Below are positions 42,192 through 52,002 of a DNA stretch of 63,358 bases, one piece after another. The notes beneath the pieces are model-generated. The model made no database searches and was not told the origin of the DNA. It worked only from the letters and a program-made list of their open reading frames with translations. The stretch comes from Acidobacteriota bacterium. GTDB lineage: Bacteria > Acidobacteriota > Thermoanaerobaculia > Multivoradales > J023. The stretch is from assembly GCA_003697015.1 (NCBI GenBank), contig RFGL01000065.1, positions 1 through 63,358 of the forward strand. Reading direction: 5' to 3'. A program made the position numbers and the translations under genes. Each line of letters begins with the position of its first letter. The stretch's first letter is position 1.

Positions 42192-45100
42192 ACGGCGCTC
42201 TCGCCTGGTTCGCCAGGAATACCGTCGCCGCCAATCTGCTGATGGTGCTGATCATCGTCGGCGGCCTGACCAGCCTGCCGAAGCTGCGCAAGGAGGTGAT
42301 GCCGGAGATCTCCAGCGACCTGATCACCGTCACCGTGCCCTACCCCGGCGCCGCACCGGCGGAGGTCGAGCAGGGGGTGTGCTCGCGCATCGAGGAGCAG
42401 GTGCAGGACCTGGAGGCGGTCAAACGCTTGCGCTCGGTGGCGCGGGAGGGGTCGTGCACGGTGTCGATCGAGCTCCTCGGCGACGCCGACCTGCGCCAGG
42501 CCCTCGACGACGTCAAGGCGCGGGTCGATGCCATCGACACCTTCCCCGACGAGGCCGAGAAGCCGGTCGTCCAGGAGCTGATCGTACGCCGCCAGGTGCT
42601 GTCGGTGGCGGTCTCGGGACCGCTCGACGAGGCGAGCTTGAAGCGTCTCGGGGAGCAGGTGCGCGACGAGATCAACGACCTGCCGGGGATCACCCAGGTG
42701 ACCCTCGCCGCGGCGCGGCCCTACGAGATCTCGATCGAGGTGTCGGAGGACGCCCTGCGCCGCCACGGCCTGTCCTTCGATCGGGTGGCGCAGGCGGTGC
42801 GACGCTCCTCCCTCGACCTCCCCGGCGGCACGGTCAAGACCCGCGGCGGCGAGATCCTGCTGCGCACCGAGGGCCAGGCCTACACCGGGACGGAATTCGA
42901 GCGCCTGGTGCTCCTTACCCGCGCCGACGGCACCCGCCTTACCCTCGGCGACGTGGCGACGGTGGTCGATGGCTTCGCCGACGTCGAGCAGGCGGCGCGC
43001 TTCGACGGCCAGCCGGCGGTCCTGGTGCAGGTCTTCCGCGTCGGCGACCAGGACGTGACCGCCATCGCCCGGGAGGTCAAGGACTACGTCGCAGCGGCCA
43101 ATCAGCGCCTGCCGGCGGGGGTGGAGCTGACCATCTGGCAGGACGACAGCCGCTACCTGCGCAGCCGTCTCGACGTGCTGATGCGCAACGGCCGCGCCGG
43201 CCTGGTGCTGGTGCTGCTGGTGCTGGCCCTCACCCTGCGCCTGCGCCTCGCCGGCTGGGTGGCGATGGGCATCGTGGTCTCCTTCATGGGCGCCCTGTGG
43301 CTGATGCCGGCCCTCGATCAGTCGATCAACCTGATCTCCCTCTTCGCCTTCATCGTGGTGCTCGGCATCGTCGTCGACGACGCGATCGTGGTGGGGGAGA
43401 ACATCTACCGCCACCACGAGATGGGCAAGGAGGGCCTGGAAGCGGCGGTCGACGGGGTGCGCGAGGTGGCGGTGCCGGTGGCGTTCTCGATCCTCACCAC
43501 CATCGCCGCCTTCGCCCCCCTGACCCTGGTGGCGGGCAATACCGGCAAGCTGATGAAGCTGATCCCGCTGATCGTCATCTCCACCCTGGTCTTCTCGATG
43601 ATCGATTCGCTCTTCATCCTGCCCGCCCACCTGTCGCACCTGAAGAGGCGCCGGCGGCCGCCGCGCGCCGGCCTGCGCGCCGCCTGGCGGCGCTTTCAGG
43701 ACCGCATGGCGGCGGGCTTCACTTGGGTGATCGAGCGCTGGTACCGGCCGAGCCTCGACCTGGCCCTGCGCTGGCGCCAGGTGTCGCTGGCGGTGGCCCT
43801 GGCCGTGCTGCTGCTGACCGTCGGCTTCGTCGCCGGCGGCCACCTGGAGTTCTCCTTCTTCCCGCCCCTCGAGGCCGACAGCCTGGTCGCCTTCCTGACC
43901 ATGCCGCAAGGCACGCCGGCGAGCGAGACGGCGCGGGCGCTGGAACGCATCGAGGCCGGCGTCGAGGGGTTGCGGCAGGAGGTGACGGCGGCCGGGGAGC
44001 CGGGGGCGATCCAGCACGTCCTGACCTCGATCGGCGAGCAGCCCTATCGCACCCGCCAGCGCTCGCCGGCGATGGGACCGGGGGAATCGATCGCCGCCGC
44101 CAACGTCGGCGAGGTGCACGTCGAGCTGGCGCCGTCGGAGAATCGGGTGGCGGCGGCCGGCGATCTCCTGCGCCGCTGGCGCGAGCTCACCGGCCCGGTG
44201 CCCGACGCTCTCGAGCTGACCTTCAACGCCTCCCTCTTCTCCACCGGCGAACCGATCAACATCCAGCTCGCCGGGCCGCGCATCGACGAGCTCAAGGCGG
44301 CGGCGGAGCGGCTCAAGGAGGCTCTGCGCCAGTACCCTGGCGTGCTCGACATCGCCGATTCCTTCCGCGCCGGCAAGGAGGAGCTGAAGCTCGAGATCAC
44401 CCCCGAGGGCGAAGCCCTCGGCCTCACCCTCGCCGACCTCGCCCGCCAGGTGCGGCAGGGCTTCTACGGCGAGGAGGCGCAGCGCGTCCAGCGCGGGCGC
44501 GAGGAGCTCAAGGTGATGGTCCGCTACACCGCCGCGGAACGCAGCTCCCTGGGCGGCCTGGAGCGCATGCGCATCCGCACGCCGGACGGCGCGGAGGTGC
44601 CCTTCTCGGTGGTCGGCCGGGTCCGCCCCGGCCGCGGCTTCGCCGCCATCGAGCGCACCGACCGCAAACGCACGATCAACGTCACCGCCGACGTCGACCT
44701 GTCGAAAGCCAACAGCAACAAGATCCTGCAGGACGTGCGCGCCCGCGTGCTGCCGCGAATCCTCGCCGACTACCACGGCCTGACCTACTCGCTGGAGGGC
44801 GAGCAGCAGCAGCAGCGCGAGACCTTGGGCGACCTGGCCCGCGGCTTCGTCCTGGCGCTGGTCATCATCTACGCCCTGCTGGCGATCCCCTTCCGCTCCT
44901 ACCTGCAACCGGCGATCGTCATGAGCGCCATCCCCTTCGGCATCATCGGCGCCATCTGGGGGCACGTGCTGATGGGCATGACCCTGACCATCATGTCGGG
45001 CTTCGGCATCGTCGCCCTGACCGGGGTGGTGGTCAACGACAGCCTGGTGCTGGTCGACTTCGTCAACCGCCGGCGACGGGCCGGCGACAGCGTCGGGAAG

Positions 45101-45376
45101 GCGGTGCGCGAGGCGGGGGAGAAGCGTTTCCGGCCGATCATCCTCACCTCCCTCACCACCTTCGCCGGCCTGCCGCCGCTGCTGTTGGAGAAGAGCCTGC
45201 AGGCCCAATTCCTCATCCCGATGGCGATCTCCCTCGGCTTCGGCGTCCTCTTCGCCACCGCCATCAGCCTCATCCTGGTGCCGGTGGGATACGTCCTCCT
45301 CGACGACCTCATCCGGGGCACCCGCCGCCTCTTCCGCCGCCCGCAGGCGCCTCCCGAGCTGGCGCCGGAGGCATGA
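42188..45376 (+). CDS. RND efflux permease (AcrB/HAE family)
   Basis: 1062 aa. Begins MNGALAWFARNTVAANLLMVLIIVGGL, with 12-TM/two-loop RND architecture. Confidence 0.9.
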   Translation: MNGALAWFARNTVAANLLMVLIIVGGLTSLPKLRKEVMPEISSDLITVTVPYPGAAPAEVEQGVCSRIEEQVQDLEAVKRLRSVAREGSCTVSIELLGDADLRQALDDVKARVDAIDTFPDEAEKPVVQELIVRRQVLSVAVSGPLDEASLKRLGEQVRDEINDLPGITQVTLAAARPYEISIEVSEDALRRHGLSFDRVAQAVRRSSLDLPGGTVKTRGGEILLRTEGQAYTGTEFERLVLLTRADGTRLTLGDVATVVDGFADVEQAARFDGQPAVLVQVFRVGDQDVTAIAREVKDYVAAANQRLPAGVELTIWQDDSRYLRSRLDVLMRNGRAGLVLVLLVLALTLRLRLAGWVAMGIVVSFMGALWLMPALDQSINLISLFAFIVVLGIVVDDAIVVGENIYRHHEMGKEGLEAAVDGVREVAVPVAFSILTTIAAFAPLTLVAGNTGKLMKLIPLIVISTLVFSMIDSLFILPAHLSHLKRRRRPPRAGLRAAWRRFQDRMAAGFTWVIERWYRPSLDLALRWRQVSLAVALAVLLLTVGFVAGGHLEFSFFPPLEADSLVAFLTMPQGTPASETARALERIEAGVEGLRQEVTAAGEPGAIQHVLTSIGEQPYRTRQRSPAMGPGESIAAANVGEVHVELAPSENRVAAAGDLLRRWRELTGPVPDALELTFNASLFSTGEPINIQLAGPRIDELKAAAERLKEALRQYPGVLDIADSFRAGKEELKLEITPEGEALGLTLADLARQVRQGFYGEEAQRVQRGREELKVMVRYTAAERSSLGGLERMRIRTPDGAEVPFSVVGRVRPGRGFAAIERTDRKRTINVTADVDLSKANSNKILQDVRARVLPRILADYHGLTYSLEGEQQQQRETLGDLARGFVLALVIIYALLAIPFRSYLQPAIVMSAIPFGIIGAIWGHVLMGMTLTIMSGFGIVALTGVVVNDSLVLVDFVNRRRRAGDSVGKAVREAGEKRFRPIILTSLTTFAGLPPLLLEKSLQAQFLIPMAISLGFGVLFATAISLILVPVGYVLLDDLIRGTRRLFRRPQAPPELAPEA

Positions 45377-45377
45377 C

Positions 45378-45710
45378 TCACGGAGCGGCGGCCGCGCCCG
45401 GGCCCGCCTCGTCCGGCCACGTCCAGCCGCGCAGCTCGTAGTACCGGCGACGGGGGCTTGCTTGCCACGGATCGATCCCGTGTTTCCTGCACCAGACGAA
45501 GTGGAAGGTCAACCCCATGAGACCGAGGGTTGCGGTGACGAGGATCGCCCAATGCCCGACCAGCGGGTAGAGGCCCAGGGTCAGCGCCGCGACCAGGGCC
45601 CATTTCAGGATCTTCTTCCACGGCGGGGTCTCGACCTCGAAGGGCGCGAAGATCTCGCTGCCGAGAGCCTGGGCGGCGAGGAGAAAGCCGAGCTCGAGCT
45701 CGATGCCCAT
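45378..45710 (-). CDS. Small membrane protein, unknown function
   Basis: C-terminal 110 codons of track ORF 45378..46613, from ATG 45710 (ATGA overlap with the upstream stop). Two or three hydrophobic helices (ILKWALVAALTLGLYPLVGHWAILVTATLGLMGLTFHFVW). Confidence 0.55.
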   Translation of the reverse strand: MGIELELGFLLAAQALGSEIFAPFEVETPPWKKILKWALVAALTLGLYPLVGHWAILVTATLGLMGLTFHFVWCRKHGIDPWQASPRRRYYELRGWTWPDEAGPGAAAAP

Positions 45711-46189
45711 CAGCCCCCCTCTTCCGCCGAGGGCTCCTCCGCCGACGGCCGGGCCCGCGTCAGGTGGTAGAGATCCATCACCCGATCCCAGTCGGCGCCG
45801 ACGGGGCTCTCCGGCGGCGACTCGAAGTCGTTGACCACCCCCAGGGTCAGGTCGTCGCCCTCGAACTTGACGAGCGCGACGACCACTTTGCCGATGTCCC
45901 GCGGGCGCTGGGTGCTGTCTTTGACGATGGTGGCGTGGAGCTGCAGGGGATCGGTGCCGGCGGGGAGGGTGAAGGTGGTCTGATACCAGAAATCGGGCCT
46001 GGCCCAGAAATGGAGCGAGTCGCCCGCCACGGTCACCGTGCAGTCGCCTCCCGGCCCACGGCCTTGCCAATGGCCCTGGAGACGCTGCATGTCCGCTGCC
46101 ATCGGCGCACTCCGGCAGGCGGCGAGCAGCGCCGCCGGCAGCAGGGCCAGGACGCTCAACAGAAGTCGCTTGTTCGGCCTCTTGTTCAT
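45710..46189 (-). CDS. Lipoprotein, unknown function
   Basis: Track ORF 45710..46501 trimmed to ATG 46189. MNKRPNKRLLLSVLALLPAALLAAC lipobox, then LQGHWQGRGPGGDCTVTVAGDSLHF... Confidence 0.6.
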   Translation of the reverse strand: MNKRPNKRLLLSVLALLPAALLAACRSAPMAADMQRLQGHWQGRGPGGDCTVTVAGDSLHFWARPDFWYQTTFTLPAGTDPLQLHATIVKDSTQRPRDIGKVVVALVKFEGDDLTLGVVNDFESPPESPVGADWDRVMDLYHLTRARPSAEEPSAEEGG

Positions 46190-46293
46190 CACGGAACCAT
46201 CCCTTCTGGCGAGCCCGCTTGCCGATCGGGCCGGCCGGCGGTCGGGGAGGAGCCGGCGGATCGGCCTCGCTCCCGAGTCGGTGTGACGGCGCG

Positions 46294-47694
46294 CTAGCGG
46301 ACCAGGTGCCAGCGGGTCTGCCGGCCGGCGAGGTAACGCACCGCGTCGCCGTCGAAGAGGGCGCTCTGCTCGAGCTTGATCCGCACCCACTGCCCGTCCC
46401 ACTCCGGCACCTGGACGATGACGTTGCCCTCGATGGCGTAGGCGGTGTCGGGGTGAAGCGGCCAGTCGCCGCGCACCGGCGTCGGGCCCTGATTGTCCCA
46501 CATGCCGACGGTCGGCCCGGGGGCGTGGCCGAAGAAGCCCAGGGGGTGGGTGTAGACCATCGAGCGGATGCCTTCGGCGCGCGCGGCGTCGAGGGCGGCG
46601 GCGAGGATCTCATTGCCGCTGCGGCCGGTGACGAAGGCCGCCGTCAACACGTCCTGCCAGCGGTTGCCGACCGCCAGGGCGCGGCGCAGGCCGGCGGGGG
46701 CCTGGCGCTCGCCGGGGCGCAGCACGTAGCCCATCTCCTGGGTGTCGGTGCACAGGCGCAGGTAGCAGATGCCGACGTCGGTATGGAGCACGTCGCCGCG
46801 GTGGATGACGCCGGAGGTGCCGCAGAAGGGATTGTCGGGATCGCAGGCCACCCCGGGCCGCTGGAGGTTGACGTAGGGCATGAACCACGCCTGCAGGTCG
46901 AGATCGGCGAAGCGCTGGCGGATGTACCAGGCGACGTCGTCGGTGGTGGTGACGCCGGGGGTGATCACCCGATCGGAGAAGGCTTCGGCGATCACCCCGC
47001 GGGCGAGCGCGACGACGTGGGGATAGACCTCCTGCTCGAGGCGGCTGCGGGTCTCGAGCCAGCGCACCACCAACTTCTCCGCCGATACCACCCGCGCCGC
47101 ATGCTCCGCGCCGAGGGCGGCGAGCAGGCGGTCGCGCAGGCTGGCGGTGAGGCCGTCGGCCACCGGCCAATCGTGGCTGACGTCGACGCCGATGGTCTGC
47201 GGGTCGCGCTCGCGCACCAGCTCCCCCAGGCGCTGCCACTGCTGCTCCAGGTCGCCTCCCTGCCACACCGAGCGGTAGAGGTCGCCGACGTCGTAGCGGC
47301 TGACCGTGGCGCGTTCGACCCCGTCGGCGCCGCGGTCGTGGAACATCAGGATGGTGGTGCGCCGGGCGGCGAAGACCGGTTCCGGCACCAGGGTGAGGTA
47401 GACCGGATCCTCGGCGTACTCGCGGCTCACCACCAGCCACATCTCGATGCCGCTCTCCCGCATCAGCCGCGGCAGGAGCTCGTCGAGACGCTGGCGCAGC
47501 ATGCGGTTGACCGCCTCCACCCGCGCCCGCTGCGGCAACACCGCCCCCTCCGCCGCCGCCAGCACCCGCCCTTGATCGTCCCCCGCCACCCCTTCCTCAT
47601 GCGCGGCGAGCGGCCCTCCTGCGAGCAGGACCAGGGCGGGAATCCACCACCATCCGACGGCTTGTGCGCTCATCCTCCAACCTCCGCGCGGCAT
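46294..47694 (-). CDS. M24-family metallopeptidase (Xaa-Pro aminopeptidase/creatinase fold), secreted
   Basis: 466 aa (the start may be ATG 47673). Candidate metal ligands in GDVLHTDVG, THPLGFFGHA, YAIEGNV, IKLEQSA. Confidence 0.65.
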   Translation of the reverse strand: MPRGGWRMSAQAVGWWWIPALVLLAGGPLAAHEEGVAGDDQGRVLAAAEGAVLPQRARVEAVNRMLRQRLDELLPRLMRESGIEMWLVVSREYAEDPVYLTLVPEPVFAARRTTILMFHDRGADGVERATVSRYDVGDLYRSVWQGGDLEQQWQRLGELVRERDPQTIGVDVSHDWPVADGLTASLRDRLLAALGAEHAARVVSAEKLVVRWLETRSRLEQEVYPHVVALARGVIAEAFSDRVITPGVTTTDDVAWYIRQRFADLDLQAWFMPYVNLQRPGVACDPDNPFCGTSGVIHRGDVLHTDVGICYLRLCTDTQEMGYVLRPGERQAPAGLRRALAVGNRWQDVLTAAFVTGRSGNEILAAALDAARAEGIRSMVYTHPLGFFGHAPGPTVGMWDNQGPTPVRGDWPLHPDTAYAIEGNVIVQVPEWDGQWVRIKLEQSALFDGDAVRYLAGRQTRWHLVR

Positions 47695-47754
47695 GCGCCT
47701 TCGTCCTCAGAGTCGACGTCGAAGCCCAGACCCTACCATCCGCACTCCCCCGCC

Positions 47755-50184
47755 CTACCAGGCCCGTTCCATGCGCCCGTCGCGGCGGCGATAGGGGGCC
47801 CAGGCGAGGGCGACGAGGCGGACGTCGACGTCGGTGCGGCGGGGTTTGAGCTCGAGGGTCTCGAGCGCCTCGGCGGTGGGGTCGAAACGCGCTTCGAGCT
47901 CGGCGACGTCGGCTTCGAGCTCGGCTTCGAGCTCGGCGTAGCGTCGCTGCTGCACTTCGAGCTCCTCGCGGGCGCGCTTCACGTCCTGGCGTTCCTTGGC
48001 GATGCGACTGATGCCGCGCACGCCGCCGGCCAGGGAGCGGCGGCGGCCGCCGAGGAGGGCGCCGAGCAGGCTCTGGCCGACGGAAATCGCCGTCGCCATC
48101 TTTTGCTCGCCGACCTGCGACTGCTCCCGCTCCAGCCGGTGCTCGGCGCGCCGGATGCGGTCCTCCAAGGTGCGCAGCTTGCGGGCATAGCGCTGGCGCA
48201 GTTTGTCGACCGCCTCGTCCCGCGCCTCGCGCATCGCTTCGGCGAGGCGGATGCGGAAGTCGCGCTCGCTCTCCCCCGGCCGCGAGGTCAAGCCGGTGGT
48301 CGGGCTTTCGAACAGCGGCAGGCGGCGCTGGCGGTAGAGGGCGTCGGCCAGGTCCTTCCCCCAGCGCCGGTAGCGTCTGGGGTCGCCGGCGACCTCGGGC
48401 AGCTCGCCGTAGGCCAGCCCCTCCGCCGCCGGCTCGTCCTCCAGGTCTTCGATCTCGAGCGTCAGCTCCTCGGCCTCGTACCAGTCGGCGTCCGTCGCCT
48501 CGGGGCCGAGGGGAGCCCACAGAATCGGGCGCTCCTCCGCCTCGAGGCGGCGCCGCTTGTCGACGAAGTGGACCGTCGCCGCGCCGAGCACCCCGGGCTG
48601 ATAGACCACGTCGTCGCCGGGTCGACCGGCCAGAGGCAGGAAGCGCTGCTCGATCTCCGGCGCCAGGAGGGGCCGCTCGGCGGCGGCGCGATCGGCGGCC
48701 GGCACCGGCGAGGGGAGATGGCCGGGGGCGGCCGGAGCGCTCGCCGGCGCCGCCCTCATCCCGGCGGTGAGGCGCTGCAGCTGGTCGCGGGTGAGGGGGC
48801 CGCGCAGGTAGGACATCGCCCACCGCACCTGGAAGAGCTGCGGGCCGTCCTGATGCACGTTGTGCAGCAGAAAGACCCGTTTGGCGAGGCCGGAGAGGAT
48901 GCGGTCGACCTCGCGCCGCGACAGGCCCTGACCGCTGGCGGCACGCTCGAGCCCGTCGAGCACCCTCGCCTTGTCACGCTCGGTCTGCAGCCGGCCGAGG
49001 AACCAGGTGCCGATGTTCGACAGCGCTCGGTAGTCCAGGTCGACCGGATTCTGGGTCGCCAGCAGGAGACCGAGGCCGAAGGCCCGGGCCTGCTTGAGCA
49101 TGGTCAGGAGCGGCGGCTTCGACGGCGGATTGGCCACCGGCGGCAGATAGCCGTAGATCTCGTCCATGTAGAGCAACGCCCGCAGGCTCGAGGTGCCCTC
49201 CTTGCTGCGCATCCAGCCCAGGGTCTGATTGAACAGCAGGGTGACGAAGAACATGCGTTCGGCGTCGGTCAGGTGGCTGAGGGAGAAGATCGCGATCCGC
49301 GGTTTGCCGGCCTCGGTGTAGAGCAACCGGTCGACGTCGAGCGGCGTCCCCTTGAGCCACATCTCGAAGCCCGGCGAAGCCAGCAGGTTGTTGAGCGCCA
49401 GGGTGAGGGCGAAGCGCTCCTTGGCCGGGTAGAAGGATTCGAGGGGCAACACGCCGACCTGACTGAAGGGCGGGTCGCCGATCTGGTGGATCAGGTCGGT
49501 GAGATCGAGATCACGGCCCTCGCGCCAGGCGTTCTCCAGCAGATTGGCGAGCAGGATGTGCTCGCGGCTCTGCAGCGGGTCGCCGCCGATGCCGATCAGG
49601 TCGAGCAAGCTGGTGACGGTCGAGATGATGCGCTCGCGCAGCAGGTCGACGTCGTCGCGCAGCGCCGGCGGCGGAGCCTGGAACGACGACAGGATCGACA
49701 CCGGCAGACCGGCCTCGCTGCGCGGGGTGTAGACGGCGAACTCCGCCGCTTGCTTGAGACGGGCGATTCGCTCGCCGCTCTGGCCCCACGACGCCAGGCC
49801 TTTCTTCCACAGCTCCGCCTGCTGCGCGGCGTAGACCTCGGGCTCCACCCCCTTGCGCCGGGCTGCGTCCTCGTCGATCCACGGCCGGAAATCCTCCGGC
49901 GACAGCTCGGGGAAGGTCAGCAGCAGATTGCCGAGGTCGCCCTTGGGGTCGACCACCAGCGCCGGCACCCCGTCGAGCGCCGCCTCCTCCAGCAGGGTGA
50001 CGCAGAGACCGGTCTTGCCGCTGCCGGTCATGCCGACGCAGACCGCATGGGTGGTCAGGTCGCGGGAGTCGTAGAGCAGCGGCACCTCCTCCGTCCCGCC
50101 GCGCTCCGCGTCCCACGGCCGTCCGAGGTAGAACAGCCCCAGCTTCTCGTACGCCAACTCGTCCATGCTCACGCCTTTCTCCAC
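47755..50184 (-). CDS. HerA/FtsK-superfamily ATPase, YjgR/DUF853-like, with long coiled-coil C-terminal extension
   Basis: 809 aa. Walker A VCVGMTGSGKTGLCVTLLEEAALDGVPALVVDPKGDLGNL, Walker B LRALLYMDEIYGY, LLLATQNPVDLDYRALSNIGTWFLGRLQTERD. The C-terminal ~200 aa are rich in R/E heptads. Confidence 0.7.
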   Translation of the reverse strand: MEKGVSMDELAYEKLGLFYLGRPWDAERGGTEEVPLLYDSRDLTTHAVCVGMTGSGKTGLCVTLLEEAALDGVPALVVDPKGDLGNLLLTFPELSPEDFRPWIDEDAARRKGVEPEVYAAQQAELWKKGLASWGQSGERIARLKQAAEFAVYTPRSEAGLPVSILSSFQAPPPALRDDVDLLRERIISTVTSLLDLIGIGGDPLQSREHILLANLLENAWREGRDLDLTDLIHQIGDPPFSQVGVLPLESFYPAKERFALTLALNNLLASPGFEMWLKGTPLDVDRLLYTEAGKPRIAIFSLSHLTDAERMFFVTLLFNQTLGWMRSKEGTSSLRALLYMDEIYGYLPPVANPPSKPPLLTMLKQARAFGLGLLLATQNPVDLDYRALSNIGTWFLGRLQTERDKARVLDGLERAASGQGLSRREVDRILSGLAKRVFLLHNVHQDGPQLFQVRWAMSYLRGPLTRDQLQRLTAGMRAAPASAPAAPGHLPSPVPAADRAAAERPLLAPEIEQRFLPLAGRPGDDVVYQPGVLGAATVHFVDKRRRLEAEERPILWAPLGPEATDADWYEAEELTLEIEDLEDEPAAEGLAYGELPEVAGDPRRYRRWGKDLADALYRQRRLPLFESPTTGLTSRPGESERDFRIRLAEAMREARDEAVDKLRQRYARKLRTLEDRIRRAEHRLEREQSQVGEQKMATAISVGQSLLGALLGGRRRSLAGGVRGISRIAKERQDVKRAREELEVQQRRYAELEAELEADVAELEARFDPTAEALETLELKPRRTDVDVRLVALAWAPYRRRDGRMERAW

Positions 50185-50478
50185 CGCACTTGGGGATCCT
50201 CGCCCGATCGTTGCGGGCGCGGAAACCGGCCGGCGTTTGCAGCCGGCGGTACGGCCGCCCCTCGATCGCGCCCCGAGGTCAGAAGCCCGGGGACTCGGAC
50301 AAGACCCCCGGTCCCCGCGCGGTCGCCCCGCCGCCGTCCGCGCGCGTCCGACGTCGCGTCCGACGTCAGAGGATATCGCGCCGGAGACGGGCGGGCGGGA
50401 GCAGGTCGCTGCGGCCCGCCGGCTGGGCTCCTGCTAGACTTCGACGCCATCCACCCAAAGCTTCGAGGGAGCCCGTCG

Positions 50479-52002
50479 ATGTGCAAACGCCTGGCCGTCG
50501 CGCTCTTCGCCGGCGGCACCTTCGCCGCCCTGCCGCTCGCAGCCCAAATCGGCGGTCATCTGCCGCTCGACACGGCGCTGAGCAATGCCCGCCCGATCAT
50601 CGTCGAGCTCGACAACGCCACCATCCAGGTCGCCGTCGACCCGTCGCCGACCACCAAGTCGTGGCTGCGCGCCGCCACCGCCCGCCCCGAAGACGATCCC
50701 GCCGCCGGCGCCCTCGCCATCGACTGGCAGGAAGGGCCGATCACCGTCCGCCGGGCGGTGGCGCCGGCGGCGGACGAGACGCCGGTACGGGTGCTCGTCG
50801 AGCTGACGGTGCTCGCCCGCCAACCGCTGGTGATCAAGGGCAGCGACCTCGACGTCACCGTCACCACCGCCGCCGACCTGCGCGCCCGGTACGGCGATTC
50901 GGGGGGCAAGCTGCCGCCGCCGCGGCCGCGCCAGCTCACCCCCTCGCCGCCGGCGACGGGGGAGAAGGGCTACAACCTCGAGATCGAGGTCGAGGGCTCG
51001 CGGATCGACCTCTTCGGCGTGCGCGAGGCCCTGGTCATCGCCGCCGCCAGTCGCCTGCGCAGCGAGCGCTCGAGCGGGCTGCTGGTGGTCGAGGCCAAGG
51101 ACGACGCCGAAGGCGAGATCCTCGACCACCGGGGTCCCCTCGAGCTCCGCGCCACCGACAGCGACCTGGCGGTCCAGGGCACCCTCGGCCAGGTGCGCTT
51201 CGACCTGCGGCAGAGCAACGCCGTGCTGCGCGACGGCCAGGGCGCGGTCGAAGGCAGCATCGGCGGCGGCCTGCTGGTGGTCGACAACTGGCGCGGGGGA
51301 ACGGTGATCAAGGACAGCAGCAACGCCTCCCTCGACGTCCGCGGCGACGTCGCCAACAACAACCTGGAGATCGCCGGCGAGGAGCTGGAGGTGACGATCG
51401 CGGGCTGGCACGGCTCGATCCAGCTCGACCAGGAGGGCGGTCGCCTGCGGACGGAGGGCTGCGCCGGCCCCTCGACCATGCAGCTGGCGGGCACGCGCTT
51501 CGAGCTGACGCAGATGCGCGGGCCCCTCGCCATGGAGATGACCGATGGCGCGAGCGGCAAGCTGCTCGGCCTGGAAGGCCAGCTCAACGGCAAGATCGCC
51601 CGCAGCGAGATCGAGCTGCGCGACGTCTTCAGCCTCGACCTGGCGGCGCAGCGTGCCACCATCACCGGCGGCGGCATCCGTCGCCTGCGGGGTTTCGAGG
51701 TGACGAGCTCGACCGTCGACCTCGACCTCAGCGCCACGGCGGGCATTCTCGACGTCAAGCTGCGCGGCGAGACCAAGGCGGCCCTGGAGCTCAAGACGCC
51801 GTGCGCGGTGATGGTCGAGGCCGAGGCCGCCCCCCGGGTCAAACTCGACGGCTGCACCATCCAGGTCGGTTACGCCTCCCCCAGCCAGGTGATGGCCAGG
51901 CCAGCCGGCGGCGGGCGATCGACGTTGCTGCGCGCCGTACTCGATGCCGCCGCCGAGCTCGAGGTCTCGGGCACTACCCCCCAGGTTGGAGAATCGCCAT
52001 GA
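50479..52002 (+). CDS. Secreted beta-helix-like repeat protein (DUF4097/adhesin-like)
   Basis: Last 507 codons of the chimeric 1927-aa track ORF, from ATG 50479. Signal peptide MCKRLAVALFAGGTFAALPLAAQ. Repetitive short beta-strand pattern (DLDVTVTT, RIDLFGV, SLDVRGDV, LEVTIAG, VDLDLSA). Confidence 0.6.
   Translation: MCKRLAVALFAGGTFAALPLAAQIGGHLPLDTALSNARPIIVELDNATIQVAVDPSPTTKSWLRAATARPEDDPAAGALAIDWQEGPITVRRAVAPAADETPVRVLVELTVLARQPLVIKGSDLDVTVTTAADLRARYGDSGGKLPPPRPRQLTPSPPATGEKGYNLEIEVEGSRIDLFGVREALVIAAASRLRSERSSGLLVVEAKDDAEGEILDHRGPLELRATDSDLAVQGTLGQVRFDLRQSNAVLRDGQGAVEGSIGGGLLVVDNWRGGTVIKDSSNASLDVRGDVANNNLEIAGEELEVTIAGWHGSIQLDQEGGRLRTEGCAGPSTMQLAGTRFELTQMRGPLAMEMTDGASGKLLGLEGQLNGKIARSEIELRDVFSLDLAAQRATITGGGIRRLRGFEVTSSTVDLDLSATAGILDVKLRGETKAALELKTPCAVMVEAEAAPRVKLDGCTIQVGYASPSQVMARPAGGGRSTLLRAVLDAAAELEVSGTTPQVGESP

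Noticed and set aside
41978-45208. 1076-aa minus-strand ORF, and the 1092-aa plus-strand ORF at 42163..45441
   Set aside because: Shadow frames of the RND permease gene (42188..45376), which has an unmistakable AcrB-like translation. The shadows are R/G/P/D-rich.
46219-52002. 1927-aa ORF, the longest in the track
   Set aside because: Chimeric read-through. Only the last 507 codons (from ATG 50479, signal peptide) look like protein. The upstream part is antisense to the M24 peptidase and the 809-aa ATPase genes, and is low-complexity R/G/A/E/L-rich.
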